From NCBI GenBank assembly GCA_964247055.1, contig OZ176053.1, positions 12,896,001-12,960,000 of the forward strand: a stretch of DNA of 64,000 nt, read 5' to 3'. Below are positions 11,039 through 23,199 of the stretch, in pieces. The stretch is from Paragordius varius. Taxonomy: Eukaryota > Animalia > Nematomorpha. The stretch's first letter is position 1. The number at the start of each line of letters is the position of its first letter. Both the position numbers and the translations under genes were made by a program. Under the pieces are notes generated by a model. That model ran no database searches. It was not told the DNA's origin and was given only the letters and a program-made list of their open reading frames with translations.

Positions 11039-11693
11039 CCAAGTGTTACGTCGCACCCAATTTGCAATGTGCAATAATTAACAAATTATAAATACATTAA
11101 TTTACAAATAAATATTATATTATTTTTATTAAACATAAATAATTTTCTTACCAATTTTTCTATAATTATTGGTGATGGACAGAATAAACATAAATGAATT
11201 CGTCATCAAAGTAAAAATTATAATAGGCTAAATAAATCCATATATATTTTGAAATCTATTTCCATTTGTGCTTTTTTACTATATCAGGTGTAATTATCAA
11301 ATAAGATAGGCAGATAATGAAAAGACTAATGTTTTTAAGTGAATATAAATATAATTTCAATATTAATGTTTGACATTTAAAAATTATGTTATATAATAGT
11401 AAATAATATTAATATTTGTATAAGAATAATAATTCGATGGCCGGCTCTTTGTAATTCTTGGGAATAATACGCAAATCATCTAAAAAATAAAAAAATTAAA
11501 TATATTCAATGATGAATAGACTCTTTGGGACTAATTATTTATAACAGCAAAATATGGAGATCGTTGCATTAGTCTACAATTGAATAAGGGTTCATAGTAA
11601 TCAAGGAGAGGCCTTATAAAACAGAAATTTCGAAGATCTGATAAATCCACGACAAGGACGAAAAGATTATGTTACATTTTTTTTATTTTCTAG
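11039..11693 (+). repeat. ~655-bp direct repeat, copy 2; abuts the satellite array
   Basis: Collinear with 7729-8385. Similarity stops at CTAG 11690-11693, and the satellite begins at 11694. Confidence 0.92.
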
Positions 11694-14439
11694 ATACATT
11701 AATTTTTAAAGTATCGTTGTAAAAATCAGATATGAAAGAGTTTGTCAAGCTATCTCTATATTTTGATGTAGTCCTACTAAGAGAATGTATAAAAAATAAT
11801 TTTGTTCACCGGTGACCAATATCCGATTTTTAAGGACAAAGTTTAACTTGAGTATTGATGCGACTAGGTTTATACATTATTTTTTAAAGTATCGTTGTAA
11901 AAATCGGATATGAAAGAGTTGTCAAACTATCTCTATATTTTGATGTAGTCCTACTAAGAGAATGTATAAAAAATAATTTTGTTCACCGGTGACCAATATC
12001 CGATTTTTAAGGACAAAGTTTAACTTGAGTATTGATGCGACTAGTTTTATAAATTAATTTTTAAAGTATCGTTGTAAAAATCGGATATGAAAGAGTTTGT
12101 CAAACTATCTCTATATTTTGATGTAGTCCTACTAAGAAAATGTATAAAAATTAATTTTGTTCACCGTCGATTAATATCCGAAGTTTAAGGACAAAGTTTA
12201 ACTTGCTTATTGTCGTATGCTAAATTATACATTAATTTTCATAGTATCGCTGTAAAAATCAGATATTAAAGAGTTTGTAAAACTATCTCTATATTTTATG
12301 TAGTCAGTCCTACTAAGAGAATGTATAAAAAATAATTTTGTTCACCGGTGACCAATATTTGATTTCTAAGGACAAAGTTTAACTTGAGTTTTGATGCGAC
12401 TAGTTTTATATATTAATTTTTAAAGTATCGTTGTAAAAATCGGATATGAAAGAGTTTGTCAAACTATCTCTATATTTTGATGTAGTCCTACTAAGAGAAT
12501 GTATAAAAAATAATTTTGTTCACCGGTGACCAATATTCGATTTTAAGGACAAAGTTTAACTTGAGTATTGATACGACTAGTTTTATACATTAATTTTTAA
12601 AGTATCGTTGTAAAAATCGGATATGAAAGAGTTTGACAAACTATCTCTATATTTTGATGTAGTCCTACTAAGAGAATGTATAAAAAATAATTTTGTTCAC
12701 CGGTGACCAATATTCGATTGTAAGGACAAAGTTTAACTTGAGTTTTGATGCGACTAGTTTTATACATTAATTTTTAAAGTATCGTTGTAAAAATCGGATA
12801 TGAAAGAGTTTGTCAAACTATCTCTATATTTTGATGTAGTCTTACTAAGAGAATATATAAAAAAATAATTTTGTTCACCGGTGACTAATATCCGATTTTT
12901 AAGGACAAAGTTTAACTTGAGTTTTGATGCGACTAGTTTTATACATTAATTTTTAAAGTATCGTTGTAAAAATCGGATATGAAAGAGTTTGTCAAACTAT
13001 CTCTATATTTTGATGTAGTCTTACTATGAAAATGTATAAAAAATAATTTTGTTAACCGGTGATCAATATCCGATTTTTAAGGACAAAGTTTAACTTGAGT
13101 ATTGATGCGACTAGTTTTATACATTAATTTTTAAAGTATTGTTGTAAAAATCGGATATGAAAGAGTTTGTCAAACTATCTCTATATTTTGATGTAGTCCT
13201 ACTAACAGAAAGTATAAAAAATAATTTTCTTTACCGACCAATATCCGATTTTTAAGGACAAAGTTTAACTTGCTTATTGTCGTATTCTAAATACATTAAT
13301 TTTTAAAGTATTGCTGTAAAAATCAGGTATCTAGGAGTTTGTCAAACTATCTCTATATTTTGATGTCTTACTAAGAGAATGTAAAAAAAATAATTTTGTT
13401 AACCGGTGATCCATATCCGATTTTTAAGGACAAAGTTTAACTTGAGTATTGATGCGACTAGTTTTATACATTAATTTTTAAAGTATTGTTGTAAAAATCG
13501 GATATGAAAGAGTTTGTCAAACTATCTCTATATTTTGATGTAGTAGTACTAAAAGAATGTATAAAAAATAATTTTGTTCACGGTGATCAATATCCGATTT
13601 TTAAGGACAAAGTTTAACTTGAGGATTGGTGCGACTAGTTTTATACATTAATTTTTAAAGTATTGTTGTAAAAATCGGATATGAAAGAGTTTGCCAAACT
13701 ATCTCTATATTATGATGTAGTCTTACTAAGAGAATGTATAAAAAATAATTTTGTTCACCGGTGACCAATATCCGATTTTTAAGGACAAAGTTTAACTTGA
13801 GTATTGATACGACTAGTTTTATAAATTAATTTTTAGAGTATCGTTGTAAAAATCGGATATGAAAGAGTTTTTCTAACTATCTCTATATTTTGATGTAGTC
13901 ATACTAAGAGAATGTATAAAAAATTATTTTCTTTACCGGCGACTAATATCCGATTTTTAAGGACAAAGTTTAACTTGCTTATTGTCGTATGCAAAATTAT
14001 ACATTAATTTTTAAAGTATCGCTGTTAAAATCAGCTATCTAGGAGTTTGTCAAACTATCTCTATATTTTAATGTAGTCCTACTAAGAGAATGTATATAAA
14101 ATAATTTTGTTCTCCGGTGATCAATATCCGATTTTTAAGGACAAAGTTTAACTTGAGTAATCATGCGACTAGTTTTATACATTAATTTTAAAAGTATGGT
14201 TGTAAAAATCGGATATGAAAGAGTTTGTCAAACTATCTCTATATTTTGATGTAGTCCTACTAAGAGAATGTATAAAAAATTATTTTCTTTACCGGCGACT
14301 AATATCCGATTTTTAAGGACAAAGTTTAACTTGCTTATTGTCGTATGCTAAATATTACATTAATTTTTAAAGTATCGCTCTAAAAATCAGATATTAAAGA
14401 GTTTGTCAAACTATCTCTATATATTGATGTAGTCTTACT

Positions 14440-15500
14440 AAGAGAATGTATAAAAAATAATTTTGTTCACCGGTGACCAATATCCGATTTTTAAGGACAA
14501 AGTTTAACTTGAGTATTGATACGACTAGTTTTATAAATTAGTTTTTAAAGTATCGTTGTAAAAATCGGATATGAAAGAGTTTTTCTAACTATCTCTATAT
14601 TTTGATGTAGTCATACTAAGAGAATGTATAAAAAATAATTTGTTCACCGGTGACCAATATCCGATTTATAAGGACAAAGTTTAACTTGAGTATTGATGCG
14701 ATTAGTTTTATACATTAATTTTAAAAGTATCGTTGTAAAAATCGGATATGAAAGAGTTTGTCAAACTATCTCTATATTTTGATGTAGTCCTACAAAGAGA
14801 ATGTATAAAAAACTTTTTTCTTTACCGGCGACTAATATCCGATTTTTAAGAACAAAATTTAACTTGCTTATTGTCGTATGCTAAATATTACATTAATTTT
14901 TAAAGTATCGCTCTAAAAATCAGATATTAAAGAGTTTGTCAAACTATCTCTATATATTGATGTAGTCTTACTAAGAGAATGTATAAAAAATAATTTTGTT
15001 CACCGGTGACCAATATCCGATTTTTAAGGACAAAGTTTAACTTGAGTATTGATACGACTAGTTTTATAAATTAATTTTTAAAGTATCGTTGTAAAAATCG
15101 GATATGAAAGAGTTTTTCTAACTATCTCTATATTTTGATGTAGTCATACTAAGAGAATGTATAAAAAATAATTTGTTCACCGGTGACCAATATCCGATTT
15201 ATAAGGACAAAGTTTAACTTGAGTATTGATGCGATTAGTTTTATACATTAATTTTAAAAGTATCGTTGTAAAAATCGGATATGAAAGAGTTTGTCAAACT
15301 ATCTCTATATTTTGATGTAGTCCTACAAAGAGAATGTATAAAAAACTTTTTTCTTTACCGGCGACTAATATCCGATTTTTAAGAACAAAATTTAACTTGC
15401 TTATTGTCGTATGCTAAATATTACATTAATTTTTAAAGTATCGCTCTAAAAATCAGATATTAAAGAGTTTGTCAAACTATCTCTATATATTGATGTAGTC
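14440..15500 (+). repeat. 3-monomer higher-order repeat (533 bp)
   Basis: The rare variant TCCTACAAAG is at 14791 and 15324 (offset 533), with the same three monomer types in the same order. Confidence 0.8.
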
Positions 15501-18500
15501 TTACTAAGAGAATGTATAAAAAATAATTTTGTTCACCGGTGACCAATATCCGATTTTTAAGGACAAAGTTTAACTTGAGTATTGATACGACTAGTTTTAT
15601 AAATTAATTTTTAAAGTATCGTTGTAAAAATCGGATATGAAAGAGTTTTTCTAACTATCTCTATATTTTGATGTAGTCTTACTAAGAGAATGTAAAAAAA
15701 ATAATTTTGTTCACCGGTGACCAATATCCGATTTTTAAGGACAAAGTTTAACTTGAGTATTGATACGACTAGTTTTATAAATTAATTTTTAAAGTATCGT
15801 TGTAAAAATCGGATATGAAAGAGTTTTTCTAACTATCTCTATATTTTGATGTAGTCTTACTAAGAGAATGTATAAAAAATAATTTTGTTCACCGGTGACC
15901 AATATCCGATTTTTAAGGACAAAGTTTAACTTGAGTATTGATACGACTAGTTTTATAAATTAATTTTTAAAGTATCGTTGTAAAAATCGGATATGAAAGA
16001 GTTTTTCTAACTATCTCTATATTTTGATGTAGTCATACTAAGAGAATGTATAAAAAATAATTTGTTCACCGGTGACAATATCCGATTTTTAAGGACAAAG
16101 TTTAACTTGAGTAATGCGACTAGTTTTATACATTAATTTTTAAAGTATCGTTGTAAAAATCGGATATGAAAGAGTTTGTAAACTATTTCTATATTTTGAT
16201 GTAGTCTTACTAAGAGAATGTAAAAAAAATAATTTTGTTAACCGGTGATCAATATCCGATTTTTAAGGACAAAGTTTAACTTGAGTATTGATGCGACTAG
16301 TTTTATACATTAATTTTTAAAGTATTGTTGTAAAAATCAGATATGAAAGAGTTTGTCAAACTATCTCTATATTTTGATGTAGTAGTACTAAAAGAATGTA
16401 TAAAAAATAATTTTGTTCACGGTGATCAATATCCGATTTTTAAGGACAAAGTTTAATTTGAGGATTGGTGCGACTAGTTTTATACATTAATTTTTAAAGT
16501 ATTGTTGTAAAAATCGGATATGAAAGAGTTTGTCAAACCTCTATATTATGATGTAGTCCTACTAAGAGAATGTATATAAAATAATTTTGTTAACCGGTGA
16601 TCAATATCCGATTTTTAAGGACAAAGTTTAACTTGAGTATTGATGCGACTAATTTTATACATTAATTTTATAGTATTGTTGTAAAAATCGGATATGAAAG
16701 AGTTTGTCAAACTCTATATATTAATGTAGTCTTACTAAGAGAATGTATAAAAAATAATTTTGTTCACCGGTGACCAATATCCGATTTTTAAGGACAAAGT
16801 TTAACTTGAGTATTGATACGACTAGTTTTATAAATTAATTTTTAAAGTATCGTTGTAAAAATCGGATATGAAAGAGTTTTTCTAACTATCTCTATATTTT
16901 GATGTAGTCATACTAAGAGAATGTATAAAAAATAATTTGTTCACCGGTGACCAATATCCGATTTATAAGGACAAAGTTTAACTTGAGTATTGATGCGATT
17001 AGTTTTATACATTAATTTTAAAAGTATCGTTGTAAAAATCGGATATGAAAGAGTTTGTCAAACTATCTCTATATTTTGATGTAGTCCTACTAAGAGAATG
17101 TATAAAAACTTTTTTCTTTAACGGCGACTAATATCCGATTTTTAAGAACAAAGTTTAACTTGCTTATTGTCGTATGCTAAATATTACATTAATTTTTAAA
17201 GTATCGCTCTAAAAATCAGATATTAAAGAGTTTGTCAAACTATCTCTATATTTTGATGTAGTCTTACTAAGAGAATGTATAAAAAATAATTTTGTTCACC
17301 GGTGACCAATATCCGATTTTTAAGGACAAAGTTTAACTTGAGTATTGATACGACTAGTTTTATAAATTAATTTTTAAAGTATCGTTGTAAAAATCGGATA
17401 TGAAAGAGTTTGTAAACTATTATATTTTGATGTAGTCTTACTAAGAGAATGTAAAAAAAATAATTTTGTTAACCGGTGATTAATATCCGATTTTTAAGGA
17501 CAAAGTTTAACTTGAGTATTGATGCGACTAGTTTTATACATTAATTTTTAAAGTATTGTTGTAAAAATCGGATATGAAAGAGTTTGTCAAACTATCTCTA
17601 TATTTTGATGTAGTAGTACTAAAAGAATGTATAAAAATAATTTTGTTCACGGTGATCAATATCCGATTTTTAAGGACAAAGTTTAACTTGAGGATTGGTG
17701 CGACTAGTTTTATACATTAATTTTTAAAGTATTGTTGCAAAAATCGGATATGAAAGAGTTTGTCACACTATCTCTATATATTAATGTAGTCTTACTAAGA
17801 GAATGTATAAAAAATAATTTTGTTCACCGGTGACCAATATCCGATTTTTAAGGACAAAGTTTAACTTGAGTATTGATACGACTAGTTTTATAAATTAATT
17901 TTTAAAGTATCGTTGTAAAAATCGGATATGAAAGAGTTTTTCTAACTATCTCTATATTATGATGTAGTCCTACTAAGAGAATGTATATAAAATAATTTTG
18001 TTAACCGGTGATCAATATCCGATTTTTAAGGACAAAGTTTAACTTGAGTATTGATGCGACTAGTTTTATACATTAATTTTTAAAGTATTGTTGTAAAAAT
18101 CGGATATGAAAGAGTTTGTCAAACTATCTCTATATATTAATGTAGTCTTACTAAGAGAATGTATAAAAAATAATTTTGTTCACCGGTGACCAATATCCGA
18201 TTTTTAAGGACAAAGTTTAACTTGAGTATTGATACGACTAGTTTTATAAATTAATTTTTAAAGTATCGTTGTAAAAATCGGATATGAAAGAGTTTTTCTA
18301 ACTATCTCTATATTTTGATGTAGTCATACTAAGAGAATGTATAAAAAATAATTTGTTCACCGGTGACCAATATCCGATTTATAAGGACAAAGTTTAACTT
18401 GAGTATTGATGCGATTAGTTTTATACATTAATTTTAAAAGTATCGTTGTAAAAATCGGATATGAAAGAGTTTGTCAAACTATCTCTATATTTTGATGTAG

Positions 18501-21500
18501 TCCTACTAAGAGAATGTATAAAAAACTTTTTTCTTTACCGGCGAGTAATATCTGATTTTTAAGAAAAAAGTTTAACTTGCTTATTGTCGTATGCTAAATA
18601 TTACATTAATTTTTAAAGTATCGCTCTAAAAATCAGATATTAAAGAGTTTGTCAAACTATCTCTATAGATTGATGTAGTCTTACTAAGAGAATGTATAAA
18701 AAATAATTTTGTTCACCGGTGACCAATATCCGATTTTTAAGGACAAAGTTTAACTTGAGTATTGATACGACTAGTTTTATAAATTAGTTTTTAAAGTATC
18801 GTTGTAAAAATCGGATATGAAAGAGTTTTTCTAACTATCTCTATATTTTGATGTAGTCATACTAAGAGAATGTATAAAAAATAATTTGTTCACCGGTGAC
18901 CAATATCCGATTTATAAGGACAAAGTTTAACTTGAGTATTGATGCGATTAGTTTTATACATTAATTTTAAAAGTATCGTTGTAAAAATCGGATATGAAAG
19001 AGTTTGTCAAACTATCTCTATATTTTGATGTAGTCCTACAAAGAGAATGTATAAAAAACTTTTTTCTTTACCGGCGACTAATATCCGATTTTTAAGAACA
19101 AAATTTAACTTGCTTATTGTCGTATGCTAAATATTACATTAATTTTTAAAGTATCGCTCTAAAAATCAGATATTAAAGAGTTTGTCAAACTATCTCTATA
19201 TATTGATGTAGTCTTACTAAGAGAATGTATAAAAAATAATTTTGTTCACCGGTGACCAATATCCGATTTTTAAGGACAAAGTTTAACTTGAGTATTGATA
19301 CGACTAGTTTTATAAATTAATTTTTAAAGTATCGTTGTAAAAATCGGATATGAAAGAGTTTTTCTAACTATCTCTATATTTTGATGTAGTCTTACTAAGA
19401 GAATGTAAAAAAAATAATTTTGTTCACCGGTGACCAATATCCGATTTTTAAGGACAAAGTTTAACTTGAGTATTGATACGACTAGTTTTATAAATTAATT
19501 TTTAAAGTATCGTTGTAAAAATCGGATATGAAAGAGTTTTTCTAACTATCTCTATATTTTGATGTAGTCTTACTAAGAGAATGTATAAAAAATAATTTTG
19601 TTCACCGGTGACCAATATCCGATTTTTAAGGACAAAGTTTAACTTGAGTATTGATACGACTAGTTTTATAAATTAATTTTTAAAGTATCGTTGTAAAAAT
19701 CGGATATGAAAGAGTTTTTCTAACTATCTCTATATTTTGATGTAGTCATACTAAGAGAATGTATAAAAAATAATTTGTTCACCGGTGACAATATCCGATT
19801 TTTAAGGACAAAGTTTAACTTGAGTAATGCGACTAGTTTTATACATTAATTTTTAAAGTATCGTTGTAAAAATCGGATATGAAAGAGTTTGTAAACTATT
19901 TCTATATTTTGATGTAGTCTTACTAAGAGAATGTAAAAAAAATAATTTTGTTAACCGGTGATCAATATCCGATTTTTAATGACAAAGTTTAACTTGAGTA
20001 TTGATGCGACTAGTTTTATACATTAATTTTTAAAGTATTGTTGTAAAAATCAGATATGAAAGAGTTTGTCAAACTATCTCTATATTTTGATGTAGTAGTA
20101 CTAAAAGAATGTATAAAAAATAATTTTGTTCACGGTGATCAATATCCGATTTTTAAGGACAAAGTTTAACTTGAGGATTGGTGCGACTAGTTTTATACAT
20201 TAATTTATAAAGTATTGTTGTAAAAATCGGATATGAAAGAGTTTGTCAAACCTCTATATTATGATGTAGTCCTACTAAGAGAATGTATATAAAATAATTT
20301 TGTTAACCGGTGATCAATATCCGATTTTTAAGGACAAAGTTTAACTTGAGTATTGATGCGACTAATTTTATACATTAATTTTATAGTATTGTTGTAAAAA
20401 TCGGATATGAAAGAGTTTGTCAAACTCTATATATTAATGTAGTCTTACTAAGAGAATGTATAAAAAATAATTTTGTTCACCGGTGACCAATATCCGATTT
20501 TTAAGGACAAAGTTTAACTTGAGTATTGATACGACTAGTTTTATAAATTAATTTTTAAAGTATCGTTGTAAAAATCGGATATGAAAGAGTTTTTCTAACT
20601 ATCTCTATATTTTAATGTAGTCATACTAAGAGAATGTATAAAAAATTATTTTCTTTACCGGCGACTAATATCCGATTTTTAAGGACAAAGTTTAACTTGC
20701 TTATTGTCGTATGCTAAATATTACATTAATTTTTAAAGTATCGCTTTAAAAATCAGATATTAAAGAGTTTGTCAAACTATCTCTATATATTGATGTAGTT
20801 AACTAAGAGAATGTATAAAAAATAATTTTGTTCACCGGTGACCAATATCCGATTTTTAAGGACAAAGTTTAACTTGAGTATTGATACGACTAGTTTTATA
20901 AATTAATTTTTAAAGTATCGTTGTAAAAATCGGATATGAAAGAGTTTTTCTAACTATCTCTATATTTTGATGTAGTCATACTAAGAGAATGTATAAAAAA
21001 TAATTTGTTCACCGGTGACCAATATCCGATTTATAAGGACAAAGTTTAACTTGAGTATTGATGCGATTAGTTTTATACATTAATTTTAAAAGTATCGTTG
21101 TAAAAATCGGATATGAAAGAGTTTGTCAAACTATCTCTATATTTTGATGTAGTCCTACTAAGAGAATGTATAAAAACTTTTTTCTTTAACGGCGACTAAT
21201 ATCCGATTTTTAAGAACAAAGTTTAACTTGCTTATTGTCGTATGCTAAATATTACATTAATTTTTAAAGTATCGCTCTAAAAATCAGATATTAAAGAGTT
21301 TGTCAAACTATCTCTATATTTTGATGTAGTCTTACTAAGAGAATGTATAAAAAATAATTTTGTTCACCGGTGACCAATATCCGATTTTTAAGGACAAAGT
21401 TTAACTTGAGTATTGATACGACTAGTTTTATAAATTAATTTTTAAAGTATCGTTGTAAAAATCGGATATGAAAGAGTTTGTAAACTATTTCTATATTTTG

Positions 21501-22700
21501 ATGTAGTCTTACTAAGAGAATGTAAAAAAAATAATTTTGTTAACCGGTGATTAATATCCGATTTTTAAGGACAAAGTTTAACTTGAGTATTGATGCGACT
21601 AGTTTTATACATTAATTTTTAAAGTATTGTTGTAAAAATCGGATATGAAAGAGTTTGTCAAACTATCTCTATATTTTGATGTAGTAGTACTAAAAGAATG
21701 TATAAAAATAATTTTGTTCACGGTGATCAATATCCGATTTTTAAGGACAAAGTTTAACTTGAGGATTGGTGCGACTAGTTTTATACATTAATTTTTAAAG
21801 TATTGTTGCAAAAATCGGATATGAAAGAGTTTGTCACACTATCTCTATATATTAATGTAGTCTTACTAAGAGAATGTATAAAAAATAATTTTGTTCACCG
21901 GTGACCAATATCCGATTTTTAAGGACAAAGTTTAACTTGAGTATTGATACGACTAGTTTTATAAATTAATTTTTAAAGTATCGTTGTAAAAATCGGATAT
22001 GAAAGAGTTTTTCTAACTATCTCTATATTATGATGTAGTCCTACTAAGAGAATGTATATAAAATAATTTTGTTAACCGGTGATCAATATCCGATTTTTAA
22101 GGACAAAGTTTAACTTGAGTATTGATGCGACTAGTTTTATACATTAATTTTTAAAGTATTGTTGTAAAAATCGGATATGAAAGAGTTTGTCAAACTATCT
22201 CTATATATTAATGTAGTCTTACTAAGAGAATGTATAAAAAATAATTTTGTTCACCGGTGACCAATATCCGATTTTTAAGGACAAAGTTTAACTTGAGTAT
22301 TGATACGACTAGTTTTATAAATTAATTTTTAAAGTATCGTTGTAAAAATCGGATATGAAAGAGTTTTTCTAACTATCTCTATATTTTGATGTAGTCATAC
22401 TAAGAGAATGTATAAAAAATAATTTGTTCACCGGTGACCAATATCCGATTTATAAGGACAAAGTTTAACTTGAGTATTGATGCGATTAGTTTTATACATT
22501 AATTTTAAAAGTATCGTTGTAAAAATCGGATATGAAAGAGTTTGTCAAACTATCTCTATATTTTGATGTAGTCCTACTAAGAGAATGTATAAAAAACTTT
22601 TTTCTTTACCGGCGAGTAATATCTGATTTTTAAGAAAAAAGTTTAACTTGCTTATTGTCGTATGCTAAATATTACAATAATTTTTAAAGTATCGCTCTAA
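15100..22700 (+). repeat. 21- and 23-monomer higher-order repeats (3713 and 4071 bp)
   Basis: Offset 3713: markers 15324/19037, 16071/19784, 16535/20248. Offset 4071: markers 17475/21546, 17731/21802. Confidence 0.8.
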
Positions 22701-23199
22701 AAATCAGATATTAAAGAGTTTGTCAAACTATCTCTATATTTTGATGTAGTCTTACTAAGAGAATGTATAAAAAATAATTTTGTTCACCGGTGACCAATAT
22801 CCGATTTTTAAGGACAAAGTTTAACTTGAGTATTGATACGACTAGTTTTATACATTAATTTTAAAAGTATGGTTGTAAAAATCGGATATGAAAGAGTTTG
22901 TCAAACTATCTCTATATTTTGATGTAGTCCTACTAAGAGAATGTATAAAAAATTATTTTCTTTACCGGCGACTAATATCCGATTTTTAAGGACAAAGTTT
23001 AACTTGCTTATTGTCGTATGCTAAATATTACATTAATTTTTAAAGTATCGCTCTAAAAATCAGATATTAAAGAGTTTGTCAAACTATCTCTATATATTGA
23101 TGTAGTCTTACTAAGAGAATGTATAAAAAATAATTTTGTTCACCGGTGACCAATATCCGATTTTTAAGGACAAAGTTTAACTTGAGTATTGATACGACT

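Noticed and set aside
11670-11694. Helitron 3' end (CTAG) at the array junction
   Set aside because: There is no subterminal GC hairpin upstream, the next base is A rather than T, and copy 1 reads TTAG.
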